From contig CAVSHF010000005.1 of the NCBI GenBank assembly GCA_963727805.1, forward strand, positions 192,001 through 256,000: a stretch of 64,000 nucleotides of DNA. The letters are read 5' to 3'. Every line of letters begins with the position of its first letter. Position 1 is the first letter of the stretch. Positions 61,910 to 64,000 of the stretch are shown here, piece by piece. The translations under genes were made by a program, and so were the position numbers. A model generated the notes under the pieces. The model saw only the letters and a program-made list of their open reading frames with translations, made no database searches and was not told the DNA's origin. The stretch is from an uncultured Nitrospiraceae bacterium. GTDB taxonomy: Bacteria; Nitrospirota; Thermodesulfovibrionia; Thermodesulfovibrionales; Dissulfurispiraceae.

Positions 61910-62491
61910 TCAATGTTTGCGGGGTAGGCACGGAATCAGGCGTGGGACTCTTTTCATGTAATCCCGATAAGGCTTGCCAAAACGCAGTGCAAGCTCCTTT
62001 TCTTCAAGGGGAATGACAATCATGTTAACAACGATGAAGTCGGCGAAGGTCAGAATTCCGACAGCTGTCACGCCTGTAAAGAGAAACATGCCGACTAACA
62101 TCATAGTGTGTGCAAGATAGGTGGGGTGCCGCACAACTGCGAAGGGGCCTTTGTCGATGAGTCTGGATTCCTTTGGGTTAACTATCTCTGGTATGCCGAC
62201 GAGACTGCGAGGAGATAGGAGCACCCCCGTCCACATGTGAAGTAGAGAGCCGCCCAAAAGGAGAATCAGGCCTAAACTGGAAAGTAAAATGGGAAATTCG
62301 ATTATGTTGAAGACAAAGAGATCGCGGTTCAAGAAAATAAAATATGCGATTGGGATCCAGAAGATCGCAGCAAATATATAGGTCAATCTGCCGAATCGCC
62401 GGAGGACCCCGGTTCCCAAGTGGACAGGAATCCAGAAAAGAGGGATCACCGGCCACAACATCAGTGTACCTAAGGCTAGGAATATCTTCAT
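61910..62491 (-). CDS. Isoprenylcysteine carboxylmethyltransferase/PEMT family membrane protein
   Basis: GPFAVVRHPTY, EEKEL..RFG..Y..Y..RVPR. Confidence 0.85.
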   Translation of the reverse strand: MKIFLALGTLMLWPVIPLFWIPVHLGTGVLRRFGRLTYIFAAIFWIPIAYFIFLNRDLFVFNIIEFPILLSSLGLILLLGGSLLHMWTGVLLSPRSLVGIPEIVNPKESRLIDKGPFAVVRHPTYLAHTMMLVGMFLFTGVTAVGILTFADFIVVNMIVIPLEEKELALRFGKPYRDYMKRVPRLIPCLPRKH

Positions 62492-62760
62492 AGAGATAAA
62501 TATATCGGTTGACGAAGAATATTGCAAAAGGGAGAGTGTGTACTTTACCGCTGATATGAGGTGCAAAGGGTTCTCGGAAGTGTTATCCTCTTAAAGTCAC
62601 CTTTATGCAGTCCATTTTTTACATTATTTTAATCGTATCGGGGGCAAGACACTCATTACTCTCGTAAACACCCAGGTCTATGATTAGAGTGATTCGTTAT
62701 GAATCAATAAATATACCCAAGCAGTGCTAATGAATACTTTCCCTGCGATGTGGACCCTCT

Positions 62761-63147
62761 CTACTTAACATCCGGAAAATCAAATATCGTGCCGTCTTGA
62801 ATATCGTCCTTGCGTATTTTAATCTTGAGTTCCCAGTGACCAGTCATTGTAAGAGGTATGACAGCTCGGTACACGCCTTTCCCCTGTTCAATCACTGCTG
62901 GTGGCCATATTGTACCGTGTCCGTGTTCAGGCATCCACGGTATGATCTCAATCTGCGCATTTTCGACACCACTCCCTTTGTCATCTGTTAAGTACATATC
63001 GACTGCGTTTCTTCCATACTTGAGAAGTCTCTCCTTAGAGCTGAGTTTGATATGAAACAATCCTTTATCGGTAGTTCTTGTTGCATTACTGCTGCATCCT
63101 GAGAAAAAAACGAAGCATGCCATAGTTAATAAAACCAAGGTTTTCAT
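62761..63147 (-). CDS. YtkA/FixH-like lipoprotein
   Basis: AGGAGA SD; lipobox FSGC; WMPEHGHG, GVY, MTGHWEL. Confidence 0.82.
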   Translation of the reverse strand: MKTLVLLTMACFVFFSGCSSNATRTTDKGLFHIKLSSKERLLKYGRNAVDMYLTDDKGSGVENAQIEIIPWMPEHGHGTIWPPAVIEQGKGVYRAVIPLTMTGHWELKIKIRKDDIQDGTIFDFPDVK

Positions 63148-63259
63148 AATGCTCTCCTGTTAAGAATGACGGTCCAATATCGCTACTTTGATCAATCATG
63201 TTAAAGAGGCTCTTACTCTTCGTTTCCAGATAATATGCATAATATACCATTTCATCCTC

Positions 63260-63560
63260 TATGGTGATAAATGCGTTGCACAGTCTGCAATCACTGGTGC
63301 TGCGAATATGCTGATCACGGCCAAGCCTTTTCCATATACTTCTCATAGAAGGTATGTAGCAAGAGCATCTCTGTGATGCACCCAGGATATCAACGTGCAG
63401 AGAAGTTGTCTAACACAACCTTGTCCCGGGAATCCGAAAAACGGTGCAGTAATCCGCAAAAAAATCAGCCAACTCAAATCCCGGATGCCTTTCGATTCTC
63501 TGTGCTTTTAGACCATAAAACGGCACAGCTGGCTGAATGACCGTTATAAAGATAATTATA
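63260..63560 (-). pseudogene. Decayed TlpA/ResA-like thioredoxin
   Basis: PGFELAD / LHRFSDSRDKVVLDNFSAR*YPGCITEM...FYEKY / GLAVISI, with frameshifts and TGA at 63392-63390; limits approximate. Confidence 0.65.
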
Positions 63561-63672
63561 GTCCCACATGCCAGTGATTCTCTTTCACACAAACACATTA
63601 TTTGACATCTTCACATATTGTCCAATGCCTCCCTGATCTTCTCCCAATTCTATTAAGATTGGCAAGAGGGTC

Positions 63673-63701
63673 TTGACACTTGCAATTTAGAATATTATAC
63701 T
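63673..63701 (+). promoter_or_regulatory. sigma70 promoter of the Rrf2 gene
   Basis: TTGACA 63673-63678, 17-bp spacer, TATACT 63696-63701. Confidence 0.75.
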
Positions 63702-63732
63702 ATTCTTAACATATCTGTTTAATAGGATTTGC

Positions 63733-64000
63733 ATGAAAATCTCAAGAAGAACACGATACGGTTTCAGACTGATGGTCGAACTGGCTATTAATTTCGACAA
63801 AGGACCCCTTTCACTTAGAGAGATTGCAAGAAAACAAGGTATCTCCGAGAAATATCTCGAGCAGATTATCATTCAACTCAAAACGATGGGGCCTGTTACA
63901 GCTGTGCGCGGGCCAAAAGGTGGGTACATGCTTTCCCTGCCACCCTCACAGATAACTCTCAGATCGCTCTTCGATATTCTTGAAGGCTCCGATGGAATCG
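63733..64000 (+). CDS. Rrf2-family transcriptional regulator (runs off the window end)
   Basis: MKISRRTRYG..MVELA, IARKQGISEKYLEQI, RGPKGGY; absent from the ORF track because it has no stop in the window. Confidence 0.92.
   Translation, partial: MKISRRTRYGFRLMVELAINFDKGPLSLREIARKQGISEKYLEQIIIQLKTMGPVTAVRGPKGGYMLSLPPSQITLRSLFDILEGSDGI

Noticed and set aside
63380..63400. Selenocysteine reading of the in-frame TGA in the TlpA-like remnant
   Set aside because: The TGA is at the Trp position of WCxxC, the first Cys is Tyr, and the flanks are frameshifted, so decay is the simpler explanation
63705..63722. Rrf2 operator (TTAACA-TATC-TGTTTAA)
   Set aside because: The position is plausible, but the imperfect AT-rich symmetry is too weak to call

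Overview
A gene-dense bacterial chromosome segment, mostly housekeeping. Gene content and style suggest an anaerobic Nitrospirota/Desulfobacterota-like organism, but that is inference only. Core genes: pdxA, tyrS, bioD, a cysE-cysS fusion, rlmB, pilT plus a PilT/PilU paralogue, secA, glgB, aroC, slt, zapB/zapA, tsaD, resB/ccsA, pabB/trpE-like, folP, ftsH, rph, murI, amidase, feoB-fur, scpA, an FKBP PPIase and a partial Rrf2 regulator. Signalling genes are abundant: a Cache-HK/REC/REC-HK triad, three GGDEF proteins, three PilZ proteins and an HDOD protein. I found no rRNA, tRNA or CRISPR array. The most notable observations are: (1) a three-layer nested insertion, in which a decayed msrA carries a 48-bp hairpin mini-element with an IS200/IS605- or REP-like end, and an intact IS1182 sits in that hairpin's loop; (2) an in-frame CysE-CysRS fusion that keeps a strong internal ribosome-binding site; (3) a His-less sensor kinase coupled to a diguanylate cyclase with a degenerate receiver domain; (4) a PilT/PilU ATPase with a duplicated N-terminal domain; (5) feoB needing a non-canonical (probably CTG) start beside a Fur-box-like palindrome; and (6) many housekeeping genes with leaderless-type promoter geometry. 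All family assignments come from motif recognition by eye, not from database searches.
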